64,000 nucleotides of DNA from Eremomyces bilateralis CBS 781.70 (Eukaryota): the NCBI GenBank assembly GCA_010015585.1, contig ML975183.1; one strand, given 5' to 3'. Position numbers and translations under genes: made by a program. Every line of letters begins with the position of its first letter. The stretch's first letter is position 1. Shown here one piece after another: positions 11,245 to 24,035 of this stretch. Below the pieces are notes generated by a model. The model searched no databases and was not told where the DNA came from. It saw only the letters and a list, made by a program, of their open reading frames with translations.

Positions 11245-11892
11245 ATGTTCGACAACTACTCCCTCCGAACCGCCTCTCGACACCCTTCGCAACCTACCGG
11301 CCCTTACCCATCCGTTTCTCCCACCTCGACACCAGAGTCATACGGCGCCCAGCACCGTGCAATAAATGACCTCACCCACCAACTGGACACCTCTCACCTC
11401 GCCGACCAATCCCCCACCACGAGCTACTTCGACTTCGACACCCCTCCCCCCTACAACTACCCCACCAACCCGTCCCCAACATCCTCCCACGCACCCGACG
11501 ATCCCGCCCCCTCCCAGCTAGCAAACTACTTCGAGACCGACTACCGCGCCCTCCGCGCCCAGCGCCAGGCCGCGTCGCGCCTCCAATGCAGTACGCGCCA
11601 CCTCCGCGAAATATCCGCGCTCGTCACCCGCATGGTTGAGTCCGGCGAGCAATGCTGCCTGTTCTCGCCGTCGTCCTCATGCGCGGCGGCTGATCCAGCG
11701 GAGCCGATCGACGAGGGCTCGGAAGTCCTCTCCGGCCGGGATGATGGCGTGGGGGCGCCGACGAGGGGCGGGAGCCGGAAGTTGAGAGATCGGAAGAGTT
11801 GCGATCTGGGGAGTGCGGATGGGGGCGTGGCACGGAGTATCCGAGGAAAGAAAAGAAGACCAAAAAGCGGAAGTGGGGTTAGCAAGCCGTAG
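11245..11892 (+). CDS. Hypothetical protein (Pro/Ser-rich N-terminus, helical QRQ..RLQC..HL..I..LV..MVE..EQC core, basic C-terminus)
   Basis: ATG in caaaATG context, coding-like codon bias, 215-aa ORF. Confidence 0.7.
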   Translation: MFDNYSLRTASRHPSQPTGPYPSVSPTSTPESYGAQHRAINDLTHQLDTSHLADQSPTTSYFDFDTPPPYNYPTNPSPTSSHAPDDPAPSQLANYFETDYRALRAQRQAASRLQCSTRHLREISALVTRMVESGEQCCLFSPSSSCAAADPAEPIDEGSEVLSGRDDGVGAPTRGGSRKLRDRKSCDLGSADGGVARSIRGKKRRPKSGSGVSKP

Positions 11893-12344
11893 AGTGAGAA
11901 GGTTTAGGTTGTGTCCTTGCGTGGCGAAACGGGACGAAGAACATTGTCGATTATAGCGAGGCGTCTGGTTCGGTGGGTACGGTATGGCATATATCATGAG
12001 GCCTCCATGAGGAGCATTTCATGGATTGGGAGTATTGTATGATAGGATGGAGAAATGATCCGGTTCAAGAGCTAAACAGCTTCCTTAAGAATTTGTGTCG
12101 CGATCGATTTCTCAAATGTATCAGATTGTGTGTTGAAAAGCGCATGAGAGAGGGGATAATAAATCAGAGGAACATTACCAACATCCAGAGACAAATGTAC
12201 CCGGAACCCTGATTTTACCATCTCATATCGGACAATGAAGAAACCAATCACAATGCTCAATTCTCATAACGCTATCTATGCTATTGTACCGAGATGATCG
12301 TGCTCAAACCCCAACGCGCCATCCCAAAGCCGTAATCCATAGCA

Positions 12345-15300
12345 CTACACATCCATCTCTCTCAACGGTACATATGTCCCTTGACTCTCATCCAGACGTT
12401 TCCTCTCCTTGGTCTCCACCAGCCTCATCATCCACCGTTTCACATTGCCCAAAACCTTGCTCACCATCCATCGCCCCTTTCGCACCTCCCCGCCGTCCAA
12501 CCCTGCGAACCCCGCCCCTTCCGGATCCAACACCTCCACACACATCCAGCGCGGCCGCCTCCACCATCGCAACGCCAACGAACTCGCCACCACGCTCACC
12601 GAACTCGCCGCCATCGCTGCCCCCGCTGCCATGGGATGCACATGCAGGCCCCACGGCAGGAAGAGCCCCATCGCGAACGGCAGGCCGACCGCGTTGTACA
12701 TCGTCGCCCAGAGGAGGTTCAGCTTAATGCGCCGGAAGATGGCGCGCGACAGGTGGAGCGACGCCGGGATGGCCAGCAGGTCCACCGTGCGGCTGGCCGA
12801 GGTGTCGCCTTCGAGGTCCAGGCCGTAGAGCGATGATTCGCCGAGGGACGACGAGGAGGCCATGAGGACGATGGATGCTGCCTCCATGGCGATGTCCGCG
12901 CCCTCCGCGAGGGCGATGCCGATGTCGGCGGTCGCGAGGGCGGGCGAGTCGTTGATCCCGTCGCCGACCATGGCGATGACCTGGCGCCGCCCCCGCGCGT
13001 CGCGCTGCTTCTTCATCTCTTGGAGCAGGGCCTGTTTCTTGCTGGGGCTGGCGCTCGCGTGGACGTTGCTGTCGGGGATGCCGACGGCGCGGGCGACGAC
13101 GAGGGCGGGGGCTAGGGTGTCGCCCGTCACGATGGAGCAGGTGACGCCCAATCGCCGGAGTGCGGCAATGGCGGCGCGCGCGGTAGGCTTGAGGGTGTCG
13201 GCGAGGGAAAGGCTGCCGGTGTAGGTGACGTCGAGGGCGGTGTGGATGGTCGAGGTGCCGGCAGATAGGGAACGGGAAAATGCTGGGGTGGTTGGGGTAT
13301 TCGGGACGGTAGAAGTTAGGTCGGCCACGTCCGAGTAGGGGGAATTGGGGCGGGGCGGGAGCGGTTTGTCAGGGAGCGGTTTGTCTCTAGAGGACGCCCA
13401 TACCGGGATGACGACCCCTTGACTTCGGAGGTATGATGCATTGCCGAGATGAACCCGGTGAGAGACCCGACGCCCGTCAATGACCGCTTCGCAGGTTGCG
13501 GAAAGGCCTTTGCCGACGGCGGCTTTGAAGTCGGTGATAGAGCCATCAAAGGCGCTCTCCGGGGACATCCTCAGTCGCTGACGTGCGGCATTCACGATCG
13601 CGCGGGCGATGGGATGCTCGGACCCCGTTTCCGCCAGCCCGACCAAAGTCCACCATTTCTTGGCCGCCGCTTCATCGTGCAGATACTCGTGGATCAAGTC
13701 GTCAGAGCTGACGCTCATCTTGCCGATCGTGAGAGTGCCGGTTTTGTCGAGGACCACATGGGTGATCGCGGTGGCCTTTTCAAGCGCCGCACCACCTTTG
13801 ACCAGAATGCCCTGACTTGCGCCAACTCCGGTCCCAACCATCACGGCGGTCGGCGTTGAAAGGCCAAGGGCACAAGGGCAGGCGATCACAATGACGGAAA
13901 TACAAAGCTTGGCGCACACCATCGTGCGTCCTCCGCTTTGTTCGCTTAAGAAGATATCTGGGGGACTCGATAGGAGGTGGGATAGGACCATCCAAGCCAC
14001 AAAGGTGGCCAGACCCAGGGTTATGATAATCGGTACGAAGTATCCTGCAACCTTGTCCGCGAGCCTTTGAATGGGTGCTCTCGTCGTCTGTGCATCTTGT
14101 ACCAAGCGAACGATCTGGGAGAGCTGGGTATCGCGTCCGGCCCTCGTGACCACAAGGTCCAATCGTCCGGCTCCATTGACGGTACCCGCCATAAGAGCGT
14201 GTCTTCGCCTTTTAAGGATTGGCATCGCTTCGCCGGTGACCATACTCTCATCCACATATGATTCGCCGCGCAGAACAATGCCATCCGCAGGGATTTTATC
14301 CCCCGGACGTAGCACGACGACATCGCCCGACTCTAGAAGCTCGGTCGGGACCATTTGTTCTTCCGCGGAGGATACCGTGGTGGAATTGTCGGTCGCGGCA
14401 TTCATCAGCTTTTCAACGGGAGACATCTTTTCCAGTCCTGAATCGTCTTCCGCGGTTTTGATGGCTGCAATGGGATCGACGTAGATAGTGGCCATACTCG
14501 GAGCCAGGCTCATCAGTCTGCTCAAGGCCTTGCTCGTTTGCCCCTTGGCGCTATTCTCCATGTATCGTCCAAGGGTGATGAAAGTGATGAGCATCGTGCT
14601 CGTGTCGAACACGGTGCTCGGTTTCGTATGGGGAGGGGTGAGGAAACTGACAAGCATCGCTGCAACGCTGAAGAAGAATGCTGCACTGGTCCCAAGGACC
14701 ACCAGAACGTCCATAGTCGGTGCCCGGTGGATCAGGCTCTTATATGCACTCCGGTAAAACCGCCGGCCGATACCAAACTGAACTGGGATCGTAAGAATGA
14801 GGCATACAATATCCCCAAGGTAAATTCCAGGGACAATGCGCACGGAACCAATGTCTAAGAAGGGTATCCACATGGGGAAAATCATCGAGATGAGGAAAAC
14901 AGGAACAGCGAAGCAAAGGGATATACGGAACGCTCTTCGCCATCCTTGGATTTCTTTCGTTTTCGCCAATGACTCCAACTGGGCATTATTGTCTTCACTG
15001 TCGGCCAGTAAAGCATTGAATCCGGTCTTTTCGATCGCCTCAACGATAGCCCTCAAGCCCGTGATGTTGGGAGTATGGTTCACCGTCGCTCGATTCGTGG
15101 CGTAGCTAACGGAGACTGAGTCAACTCCTTTCAGGTCGCCGACGGCCTTTTCTACAACGGAAGCATCATCTTCGCCACTCAATCCAAAGATCTTCAGGCT
15201 AACTGCGGATGATCCGGACCCTGCTGGCCGAGACCATGCCACGGAAGAGACGATCTTGGCATCAAAGCCACAGTCCTCGATGATCGTGGCTATCCGCTCC

Positions 15301-16019
15301 GGTGAAAGTTTTGTATTGTCGTGGACGATGACGGCACGCTCTGCGAGGAGAGAAATGTTGAACTGAAGCATTCCATCCACAGTTTTGAAGCCGCCTTCTA
15401 CAGCCGACGTACAAGCTCCGCAAGTCATGCCTTCGATTGCCACAGTAGTCGATAGAATGCTGTCGCTTTGCTCAGTCCTTCGTGTCCCTTCGACATTGTT
15501 TGTGGGGATAATCGGTTTCGTTCCGATGACTTTCGCTTCGAAGCCCGCATCTTCAATGATCTCGGCGATCTTTTCCGGTGCGAGGAGTTTGGGGTCGTGT
15601 TCCAGCACTGCCCTCTCTGATAATAAGGATATACTGAAGTTCTTCACACCCTCCACGTCCTTGAAAGCACCCTCGATCGCGCTTGTGCATGCACCACAGG
15701 TCATTCCGCCAACTTGAACCGTCGTAATCGCTTCGGGAGGCCCCTGGCTTTCTGTTTTGGATGCCATGGTCGAAATGACCGCAGCGCCAAATCCGCGATC
15801 TTCAATCATGTCCTTTATTGTCTCTGGAGCGATGCGAGCGACGTCATGGACGAGGACAGCTCGCTCCATGACCAAGGAGATGTCGACACTTTGGACGGCG
15901 GGCTCGTTTGCAAAAGCGGACTCCACGGCGGATGTACAGGCACCGCAGGTCATGCCTTGTACTTGCAATGTCGTGGTGGCCATGCGTCTCGAGGGGGAGG
16001 GTGTAGCTGAGGACGCCAT
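12345..16019 (-). CDS. CCC2: Copper-transporting P1B-type ATPase (Ccc2/ATP7-like), intronless
   Basis: Three GMTCGAC HMA domains plus one degenerate; TGEA, CPC, DKTGT, SEHP, GDGINDSP, YN and MAASS motifs. Confidence 0.95.
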   Translation of the reverse strand: MASSATPSPSRRMATTTLQVQGMTCGACTSAVESAFANEPAVQSVDISLVMERAVLVHDVARIAPETIKDMIEDRGFGAAVISTMASKTESQGPPEAITTVQVGGMTCGACTSAIEGAFKDVEGVKNFSISLLSERAVLEHDPKLLAPEKIAEIIEDAGFEAKVIGTKPIIPTNNVEGTRRTEQSDSILSTTVAIEGMTCGACTSAVEGGFKTVDGMLQFNISLLAERAVIVHDNTKLSPERIATIIEDCGFDAKIVSSVAWSRPAGSGSSAVSLKIFGLSGEDDASVVEKAVGDLKGVDSVSVSYATNRATVNHTPNITGLRAIVEAIEKTGFNALLADSEDNNAQLESLAKTKEIQGWRRAFRISLCFAVPVFLISMIFPMWIPFLDIGSVRIVPGIYLGDIVCLILTIPVQFGIGRRFYRSAYKSLIHRAPTMDVLVVLGTSAAFFFSVAAMLVSFLTPPHTKPSTVFDTSTMLITFITLGRYMENSAKGQTSKALSRLMSLAPSMATIYVDPIAAIKTAEDDSGLEKMSPVEKLMNAATDNSTTVSSAEEQMVPTELLESGDVVVLRPGDKIPADGIVLRGESYVDESMVTGEAMPILKRRRHALMAGTVNGAGRLDLVVTRAGRDTQLSQIVRLVQDAQTTRAPIQRLADKVAGYFVPIIITLGLATFVAWMVLSHLLSSPPDIFLSEQSGGRTMVCAKLCISVIVIACPCALGLSTPTAVMVGTGVGASQGILVKGGAALEKATAITHVVLDKTGTLTIGKMSVSSDDLIHEYLHDEAAAKKWWTLVGLAETGSEHPIARAIVNAARQRLRMSPESAFDGSITDFKAAVGKGLSATCEAVIDGRRVSHRVHLGNASYLRSQGVVIPVWASSRDKPLPDKPLPPRPNSPYSDVADLTSTVPNTPTTPAFSRSLSAGTSTIHTALDVTYTGSLSLADTLKPTARAAIAALRRLGVTCSIVTGDTLAPALVVARAVGIPDSNVHASASPSKKQALLQEMKKQRDARGRRQVIAMVGDGINDSPALATADIGIALAEGADIAMEAASIVLMASSSSLGESSLYGLDLEGDTSASRTVDLLAIPASLHLSRAIFRRIKLNLLWATMYNAVGLPFAMGLFLPWGLHVHPMAAGAAMAASSVSVVASSLALRWWRRPRWMCVEVLDPEGAGFAGLDGGEVRKGRWMVSKVLGNVKRWMMRLVETKERKRLDESQGTYVPLREMDV

Positions 16020-17852
16020 GGCTTATCGCAAAGGGAGTGGGAGAACGGGGATGGCGGCGAGCCCGCGCTGGTTATTGAAGGTGGGCCGCCACAGTGAGCT
16101 CGATCGCAAGATCCTAGATATGTACAGGTTCGGAAGGTCTAACAATCGGCGAGACGGGCATTGCTTGCACCAGTTTCTAGGCTTCTAGCAGATAGCCAGA
16201 AGGGATTCAGAGGTACGGAATAGGGTGCGTGGGGTACGGTAGTAAAGTCCGACAGGCTGCCGTTTGATGATTTCGAAGCGGATAGGCTGGAGAAGGGTGG
16301 AAAGGACAAAGAAAGGAGTGATACGGAGGAGACGGAATATGAAAGCACCAAAGAATTCAAGGCCAGCTGGTCAAAGGAAGCAGGCGGGTAAATGTATGTA
16401 TGTACAGGTTTATTAATTGACAGGGACAGGCAATGCTCTGACGATGTAGATACAGGCACTCTATCTCACACCCTACTGAGTCTAACCCGATAGAAGTGAA
16501 GGGCAGCTTTAATTAGGGCGGACAGCGAGCACGTCAGCTGCGACATTTGTGATGGGGAAGTCCTGGTGTTTTTCTTTAATTAGCTCCGATACAGTAATAC
16601 TGGAGTCAGGTGATTTGTCTAGTGAGATTCCTTGACGGATACGGAGGAAACATTGCCAATAACTACCCTGGCTTACGAGTAACTAGAGGGAGAGCCCGGT
16701 ATTAAACTACTATCTTGGTAGTTATACCTAACACACTAAGGATTATGTAATCCTGCTCTCCCTCTTCCTGTCAATTGGCAATGGTGTTCACTGCAGCAAA
16801 CAAATTACAAAATTGCAGAAATCAAGATCCGTTCACCTTATCCTTCTTGCGAAAAACAGGAAGTTGGTTGACGGGTTCCACAAAGCGAAAATTGCTTCCT
16901 GCATGCGCCGGACAGCATTCCGCATTTCCGCCGAAGGTCGCTTCGCCGGCCGACCCTCCCGAAACGCCCGCAACACATCTGCAACACGTATCATCGGACG
17001 CAATGTTATATTACCATGCATACGTAGAACGTTTCTCGCCCTGATGGTATCCTGGGCCTTGGGCCGTCGCTCCGGCCGTCACTGTGCTGACGAGCTGCGT
17101 ATTCACCTCCAAGGAGCATTTCCCACCTATCAGTCACCTTGGTCCATGTCCTACTGGCTTAGGAACCAAATAAGCGTTAGACGGACAGCGATGGAAGGTC
17201 TTCTTCCCTATGAAACCTCCCCACCCGAGATGGACACGGGGTGAGGAGTACACTCAGTACACGAGGCTTGGATGCTTAAGGAACCCCGTGCTCTCGACGT
17301 CCGTTCTAGCCTCCACCGCGCTCGTATTACGTTTCAGGGACGTTTCGAGAGCAAACCCGTCTCAAAGCGAAGAGTTTTTTGTGTGCTTCGGTTTGACATC
17401 ATGCCCGTCTCGAAATGCTCGAAATGCTGGAAATGCAGTTTATACAAAAGTTAGACATATCCCCACATCAGATTCGTTAGATGTTGCCCGAATAATTGTG
17501 GAGGTAGAGCATATCGGACATGTATTGATGATCTTGTTGAATTGCGTCAGAGGATGTATAATCAACATTCAATCTATTAAATAGGCTATATGCAAAGCAA
17601 GAGCAAGGCAAGCACAATTCAAGAACAAGAATAAGCACTTCGATTAGATTCGACGATGTTGGTATGATATAGAGGCGACGCTCCTGTAGTATCTTGCACA
17701 AATATAAGGGGTATATGCCGCGACCACTCAGGGCTACCGAATATGCAACACTTCACCAAACGCTTCGGGCCATGGCGCGAAATCGAGCAACATGGTACCG
17801 TTCCCCTAGATCACCGTGTGGTCATGCATGAACAATTCAGCGCGAGAATGAA

Positions 17853-20786
17853 TCACATCACCGTCTGTTTGGCTAATGTTAGCGCAGAAACTTCACTGAA
17901 CGACAAAAAGATGCAAACGAAAGGCTTCAATGGGAAACTTACGCAGTCACCGTCCTTTTTTCCTTGTGGGATTTTCATCTCTTCAAAGGTCTTCGGCCCT
18001 TTCCCAGGTCTCTTTGGCGGGTTCATAGCACCGCTTGGTGGTTGCGGCCCCGATGGCTTCTCCTTGGACGGAGTATTTTTCCGCGGCGGAACATGCTGTG
18101 ACGGGCCATGTTGTGACGGAGCATTCTGGGATAGCGATGCGGTGCGGGGTGGTCGAGCTCCGGCTCCCTGGCCTTGCATTCCTTGGGGCGGGTGAGGGCT
18201 CTGCTGGGGGTGATGCTGGTTCCCATGCTGGTATGACTGGTACTGCGGCTGGGCCCCTGGGCCGGTTGGATGGGGGCGGTGGTCCTTCGGTGGGACGTTC
18301 GGGTTATGGGAGGGTTGATGGGGCGATGGGGTGGGCTTTTTGCGGACCTCGAGAGGCGCGACGAATCCAAGATTGTCAGGACGTCGCTGTGGCATCGAAT
18401 TATCGGCGGCGGGTCGACCTCGTCCGTCGCCCGGCGGTGCAGCATAGCCAATGTCGGGATGAGGGGCCAAATTAGGATTGTGTACGGGCCTACCATGTTC
18501 AGGGGGTGGCCGGTCATCGTACGGGCGTTGATGGGGCGAAGCCTGTCTACCATCGTATGGACGCTCATGGGGAGACGGTTGCCTGCCATAATTGCCAGGT
18601 CCGGGAGGGCCGGAGCTAATTCGTGACCCGGGTGGTGGTCGTGGTCGTCCCCCTGAACCGCCACTGTAATCTGCAACACTGGAATAAGGACGGGACGGGG
18701 CCCCAGCACCAGCGCCAGTATTCGGGCGGCCATTGCCGTACACATTCGGGTTGATGCCGAATGCTCCACCAGATAGCGGTCGTAGATCGGGTGGTGCGGC
18801 GGATTGAGCGCGAATCTCAGGAACAAAATAGGCGCCACCCAATTGACCGCCCTGGTGAGGAGGCGCGTCGTCGACTGGATACGGCGCAGCTGTTGCTGGC
18901 CGCTCGGGAATATTGAGTTTCGGAGGGCCATCGTTGTCGGGGTATGGCATATAGGAGGACGTTCGAGGAGGGCGGACAACATTAGGTTGGGTCTGGGATT
19001 GGGATGGAGGCTGTGGAGGCTGATCGGCTTCCGGGCCATCGTCATCTAGAACCGTGGGTAGAGGAGGTGCTTGTGCCTTAAATCGGTCCGGTCGCGCACC
19101 ACGTTTCGAGCCGTATTGGGACTTGATACGTGAGATTGCGACTTGTTCGTGATCCTTTTTGGACAAGGTTTGCGACTTCTTGATGCTTTCAATACGACTA
19201 ACGGCATCTTGATTGTCATTTTGAGCGGCTTTCTCGTACCACTCGAGGGCTTTGTCGATGCTGACTGGGGTCTGCATGCCGATTTCGTGGAAGTAGCCCA
19301 TGGCAAATTCGGCCGTGGAAAGCTGAGCCTGGGCAGCTCGTTGAGCATATTGAAATGCAAGCTCTTCATTTTTCGCAAACACCCCTTCGTAGCCGCAGAG
19401 GAACCATTTGCTGATCGCCATCTCCGCCTCCGGTTCGCCTTGACGAGCAGCCAGGGCGTTATAATGCAACGACAGGGCGGGACTGAATTCGCAACCGAGC
19501 AGGCACAGCTCGTATGCAGCTCCCATCTTCACCTGTGCCTTGGCAAATCCGAGGTATGCTGCCTTTTCGATATTCTGCCTAGCCAACCGGTCGTCATGAG
19601 GAAGATAGATTTCTGGCACAGCGATCTGGGGCAGCTCTCTCGCTTGCAGCATTCCCAAGACAAATGCGCCCTGAGGTGCATTCTCATCCGCAGTCGACGC
19701 GGCTTGTCTTAACAAGTTGATGCCTTTAGCAAAGTCTTGATGTTGTCCCGCTTGACCAAGGAGCGTCATCATGCCCAGTCGGTAGTTGGACGCGGAATCC
19801 CCGGCTTCAGCACCACGTTTGTAATGGATTAGTGCTTTCACCGGATCGTTCGATGATTCGTACTGCATTCCGATCCTATACTCTGCTCTCGAATATCCCT
19901 TTTCCGCGGCCCGGGAGTAGCTTCGGAAGGCTTCTCGTTTGTCGACCCGTTGCTCGAATTTACCGAATTCCAACCACATCCCTCGCATGAATTCCGCCTT
20001 CGGATGATGTTGATTAGCCAAAAACTGCACTATTTCCATGGCGTCGACACGGAGCTGATGCTCCACCTGAGGAGTTGCAGGCCGCGCCGGCTGATTCATT
20101 GACAAGCGTTCTTCATGCGACTGCGCCGCATCAACGAAGATAAGACAATCTTGCGCCCATACTAACTGCATTTCGGGGTCATTCGAGTTCAACACGGGTA
20201 TTCGGGCGTTTTCCAGTATGGCTTCCTTTTGATCATCCGAAGGAGGAACGTTAGCAGCCGGATTAACCAGCTTTGGGAAAGGAGAGAAGTTTGGAAGGTC
20301 TGGAGGCAGGGTGAGGGTATGGTAATCATGATTCTGTGGCCAGATTAGGAGCTATTCTATTGGAACTGAAGGGTATTGACTTGGGCATACATTCTGCTGC
20401 TCGTGCGGCGGACCGTTATCCATAGGATGGCTCACGGTCGGCGCTTGATGGTAAGCCCGCGAAACATAGTCCATATCCTGGCCTTGGGGATTATTTGCAG
20501 GAGATGCCTGGCTGTAGTTCGAACTCGGACTATCGACTTGATTTCCGGCGTTGCGGGGTGGTATCGCTTCGAGTTCCAGATGCGCCAAATTCTCCTGGAT
20601 GTTTTCGGGGACTTCAGGCATGATTCTAAGGGGTGGATTTTCTCGTCAGCGTCGCCTTGTGATCAGCAGGGGGTGGCCCAACCTCTGCGGTGCCGGTGAG
20701 ACCAATTCCGGCATATAATAGTCGTCATCGGTGCCCGGGACAAAAGTTGCACCCAGTACGGGTCGGGGCGGCTGGTAGTAACTCAT
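17853..20786 (-). CDS. Sel1-repeat chitin synthase activator (Chs4/Skt5-like) with C-terminal CaaX; introns 20626-20682, 20334-20390, 17865-17942
   Basis: Start MSYYQPPRP. Multiple Sel1 repeats (AEYRIG, AEFAMGYFHEIG), Pro-rich tail, GPKTFEEM motif. The spliced end is GDC-TVM*. Confidence 0.9.
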
Positions 20787-21909
20787 AGTGAACGGAAAGA
20801 TGCGCTGCTCGCGAGCCGCAGGATACAATATATGATAAAGCGGAACTCAGGGTTTCATCCACAAGGACGACGGGTAATATACCGCCGCAGAAGCTGGGGA
20901 TATCCAGCGACGGTGCGGTGTTAGGATTAGGGAACCATAAGCAGGGAACAATGAATTGGTCATAAGGTGAGGAGACAAAAGTGGGATTCAGGCATGGAAT
21001 AAACACGTCCTCTTGGAGGATTCGGCAGAGACAAGCGATGCAAGCGATCCTTCCATGTCGTGGTTCTCCAAGTTTAAGTTTGCTGTCTGCGGGTGTCTGC
21101 GGTTCGTTGTCTGTAGATGTCTCCGCTTGTTGTCTGTGTCGTGAGTCGTGAGTGGGATAATACAGAGAACAGGGAAGACAGACGTTCACGGTACGTCTAA
21201 GCCTCAAGCCATAATGGCCCTAAACCTCGTGCTGTCACACTGATCCGCCGCCAGAGGCCCCAATCCCTGATGGAGCTCGTGTCCGTTACCATTTGCGGCC
21301 TTGTGGACGTGCAGCACCTATTAGGTATTAAATGTGGCGCTCAGGCGCTGTGCAGACCTGTGTGTCGTGCTCTTTGTTGTGCAGTGCTGGACTGACTCCA
21401 GTTTGCCAGATGGCTGCAGTCTGCGGTGTTGGTTGCACCTGAGGTTGCGCATCTGAAACCATAGCCTCATACGGAGTGCAGAACATAAGTGCAGACTGCG
21501 GACGCCCTATGTTAGCTTGGATGGTTGTCTGTGGCTTGGTTCTCTCCAAGACTCATCATGTCCCAAATATAGCCCGCTCGGTAAGATGAAATTGATGGTA
21601 ATACGATGCCATCAGCTTGAGCTCTTTCGGGTCGCCACTACTGCCCGACAGCTCAAGTCTCCGAGATCGCGGTTAAAGTCCGAGAGAAAGAGAGACACGG
21701 GCGTTGAATCGATCAAGAAAGGTTTCTAAGTCGATTTCTTGGAATCCGATCGAGGTAAGCAGCCAAGTGCTACATACTCTGTAAGTTGCTACTAAGACGA
21801 ACTATCATGTCATCAGAGATGCTGAACCAGACCTATCCATCCATACACCAATTCCCAGCATTTCTATTCTCTAACCTAGCTTCGGAGGAGGTGGCTTCTT
21901 CTCTTTCGA

Positions 21910-23618
21910 TCAACCTCGCATTTCCTTCATTCTCAACCTGACCCCGTCCCCAGGGGCATCCGACAGTGCCAGTCCATGCCTAACCAACCCCATCCCTTCT
22001 ATCCTCCCTACATCCTCCTGAGCATCGCCCACTTGATCCGCCATCCAGGCGCCGTGTCCCTCGAGCTCACCGAACCGCTGCAGCAGCCGGACGACGACAT
22101 ATCCGGCCTCAGTCAAGGCGAACTGCTGCCCGAGACATGTCCTCGGGCCGCCGTTGAACGGAAGATAATTCCAGCCCATCTTTCTGGCCTCCCACCGTTC
22201 CGGTCGGAACTCGTTCGCATCTGGTCCCCAGAAATCCTTCCTCCGATGCATCGTGGTGAGGGAGAACTCTACCACCTCGCCTTTGCCGACGAACACCGGC
22301 CTGGTGCCATCCGGTCCGCCCCCGACAGGCAATGTGGTATCCCTCTGTGCCTCGCGGTTGTTGACCGGAACCAGGGGGAACAATCGGAGAGTTTCGTTCA
22401 TCGTCCACTGCAAGTACCGGCAGTTCTTGAGGCTGGCGAAATCGAGGTTGCGGGGCGCGTCATACGTGCCGAATTCCTTCAGAATCCTCGACCGCAGCTG
22501 TTGGAAGACCCGAGGATGCGCTGCGAGGAGTAGGAAGATCCAGGAGAGCAGCTGAGCCGTAGTATCGCGTCCGGCGATCAGAATGTTCAATGCAGCGGAC
22601 CGTAAGGCGCTCGGATCCCGTGTCTGCGCTGCGATGGCATACAGGAAGATGTATTTTCCGTTCTTTGGCTCGGATCCCTTTTCAATCTCCTCTTGTGGCA
22701 GGCTGAGGGCACGCTGCACGAAGTGGTCCACGAAGGCATGGATTTTCCGCCTGTCCTCACGAAAGGCCGTGTTATGTGCCCATTTCCACTGAGTCCCCAG
22801 CCGCGTTCCACGAGAGAGCGCTCGCAGTGCGCTCTCCCAATGATGTGCGAAAGCTACCTCGCCGCGACCATATGAGGTTGCCTTGTGGTTTCTGCCTGGC
22901 AAAGCGGAAAGTTGAGCTTCGAGACTCTCACCGAATAAAAACTCCGTCGATGTATCAAGCGTCAGACGGTGAAAGAGCGGGAGGAGGTCGGTTTCAGCAG
23001 TCCACGCGCTGTGGTCGACGGGGAGAGCCTTCATAAGGTTCTGTACATGATTTTCCTCCAGGTCTAGATCGGATATCTGCGAACGTATGAATTGAGGTCG
23101 CAGCATGGCCCTGTTGTGCTCCCATTCTTTGCCATCGGTGGTGATCTGGGACGCGACATGTCAGTCTACCATTCTGCGGCTGGGGTACCAGTAATCGAAC
23201 TTACAATGCCTTTGCCTAACAGTTCTTTGAGGTTACCACAGCGATCAGGGCCGTGGTAGAAATCCTTGAACTGGATGGCGAGGATCGCCTGTATATTCGC
23301 CGGTTCGGATGTAACGATGTGATCCGTGCCAGCCAATTTATAGACGATGGTCGACACATAACGACCTTCTTTTTGGGACACCACTTGGAACCTGTCCTCA
23401 TAATGAGTCGGGAACCGCTTCTTCTTGTCCGCTCGGAGCAAGTCGCGGATAGCCTCGATCCCTAGGTAATCAAGGACATGGCCAACTCTTGGAGCCTTCT
23501 CTGCGCCTAGTTCTTGCGCTCTTCGTCTTCTGTCGAATGCCAATCGAACGAAATTAAGGAATTTGAAGACTACATATGCTGCAATAGCATATGCAAGAAA
23601 GCCAAGCTTGCTGGACAT
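21910..23618 (-). CDS. Cytochrome P450, CYP52 clan (alkane/fatty-acid hydroxylase-like); intron 23146-23204
   Basis: N-terminal anchor; AMLRPQF, AGRDTT, ETLR, DTTLPVGGGPDG, PERW and the heme motif FNGGPRTCLG. Confidence 0.93.
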
Positions 23619-24011
23619 CTTGAATCTTGACAGGTGGAGCGATGAGGTAGAAAAGAGAAGTGCGTGTGTAGTAGGGCTATGCCGTAGTAAGAGAATTGAT
23701 CAGTGCAATATGTCTATAGGAAGTCATAGAAACACCTTGATATCAATAATCTCAAGCAGTACTATGAAGCCATGAAAACCAATCTGATAACTTTTGGCGC
23801 CATTCAAGTCGCCTTACGCGGACCGCAGATTCCTTATATCTGTTCTGGTTCCGACTTACCTTTCTCCCAGGCATTCATGTTGGATAAGTATAGGAAACCC
23901 CACATAAGCACCTACACGCCAATGCCGATATGGGTGCGCCGAGCGTCATATTTTAGCACATCAGCTTACGGTAGGGTCTCTGAACGATCTCACCGCACCT
24001 GTTTGGGTAAA

Positions 24012-24035
24012 AGGTAAGTACTTAAGTACTTACCT
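24012..24035. repeat. Perfect 24-bp palindrome
   Basis: aggtaagtacttaagtacttacct is its own reverse complement. Confidence 0.9.

Noticed and set aside
15000..15210. Fourth HMA domain of Ccc2 lacks CxxC
   Set aside because: A degenerate membrane-proximal HMA domain is, to my knowledge, common in filamentous-fungal Ccc2 proteins.
16775..17584. Several 90-140 aa ORFs between CCC2 and the chitin synthase activator
   Set aside because: No recognisable motif, coding bias or convincing splice pattern; a small gene cannot be excluded.
18023..19045. 340-aa alternative-frame ORF inside the chitin synthase activator
   Set aside because: Overlaps a Pro/Gly-rich GC-rich region that is naturally poor in stop codons.
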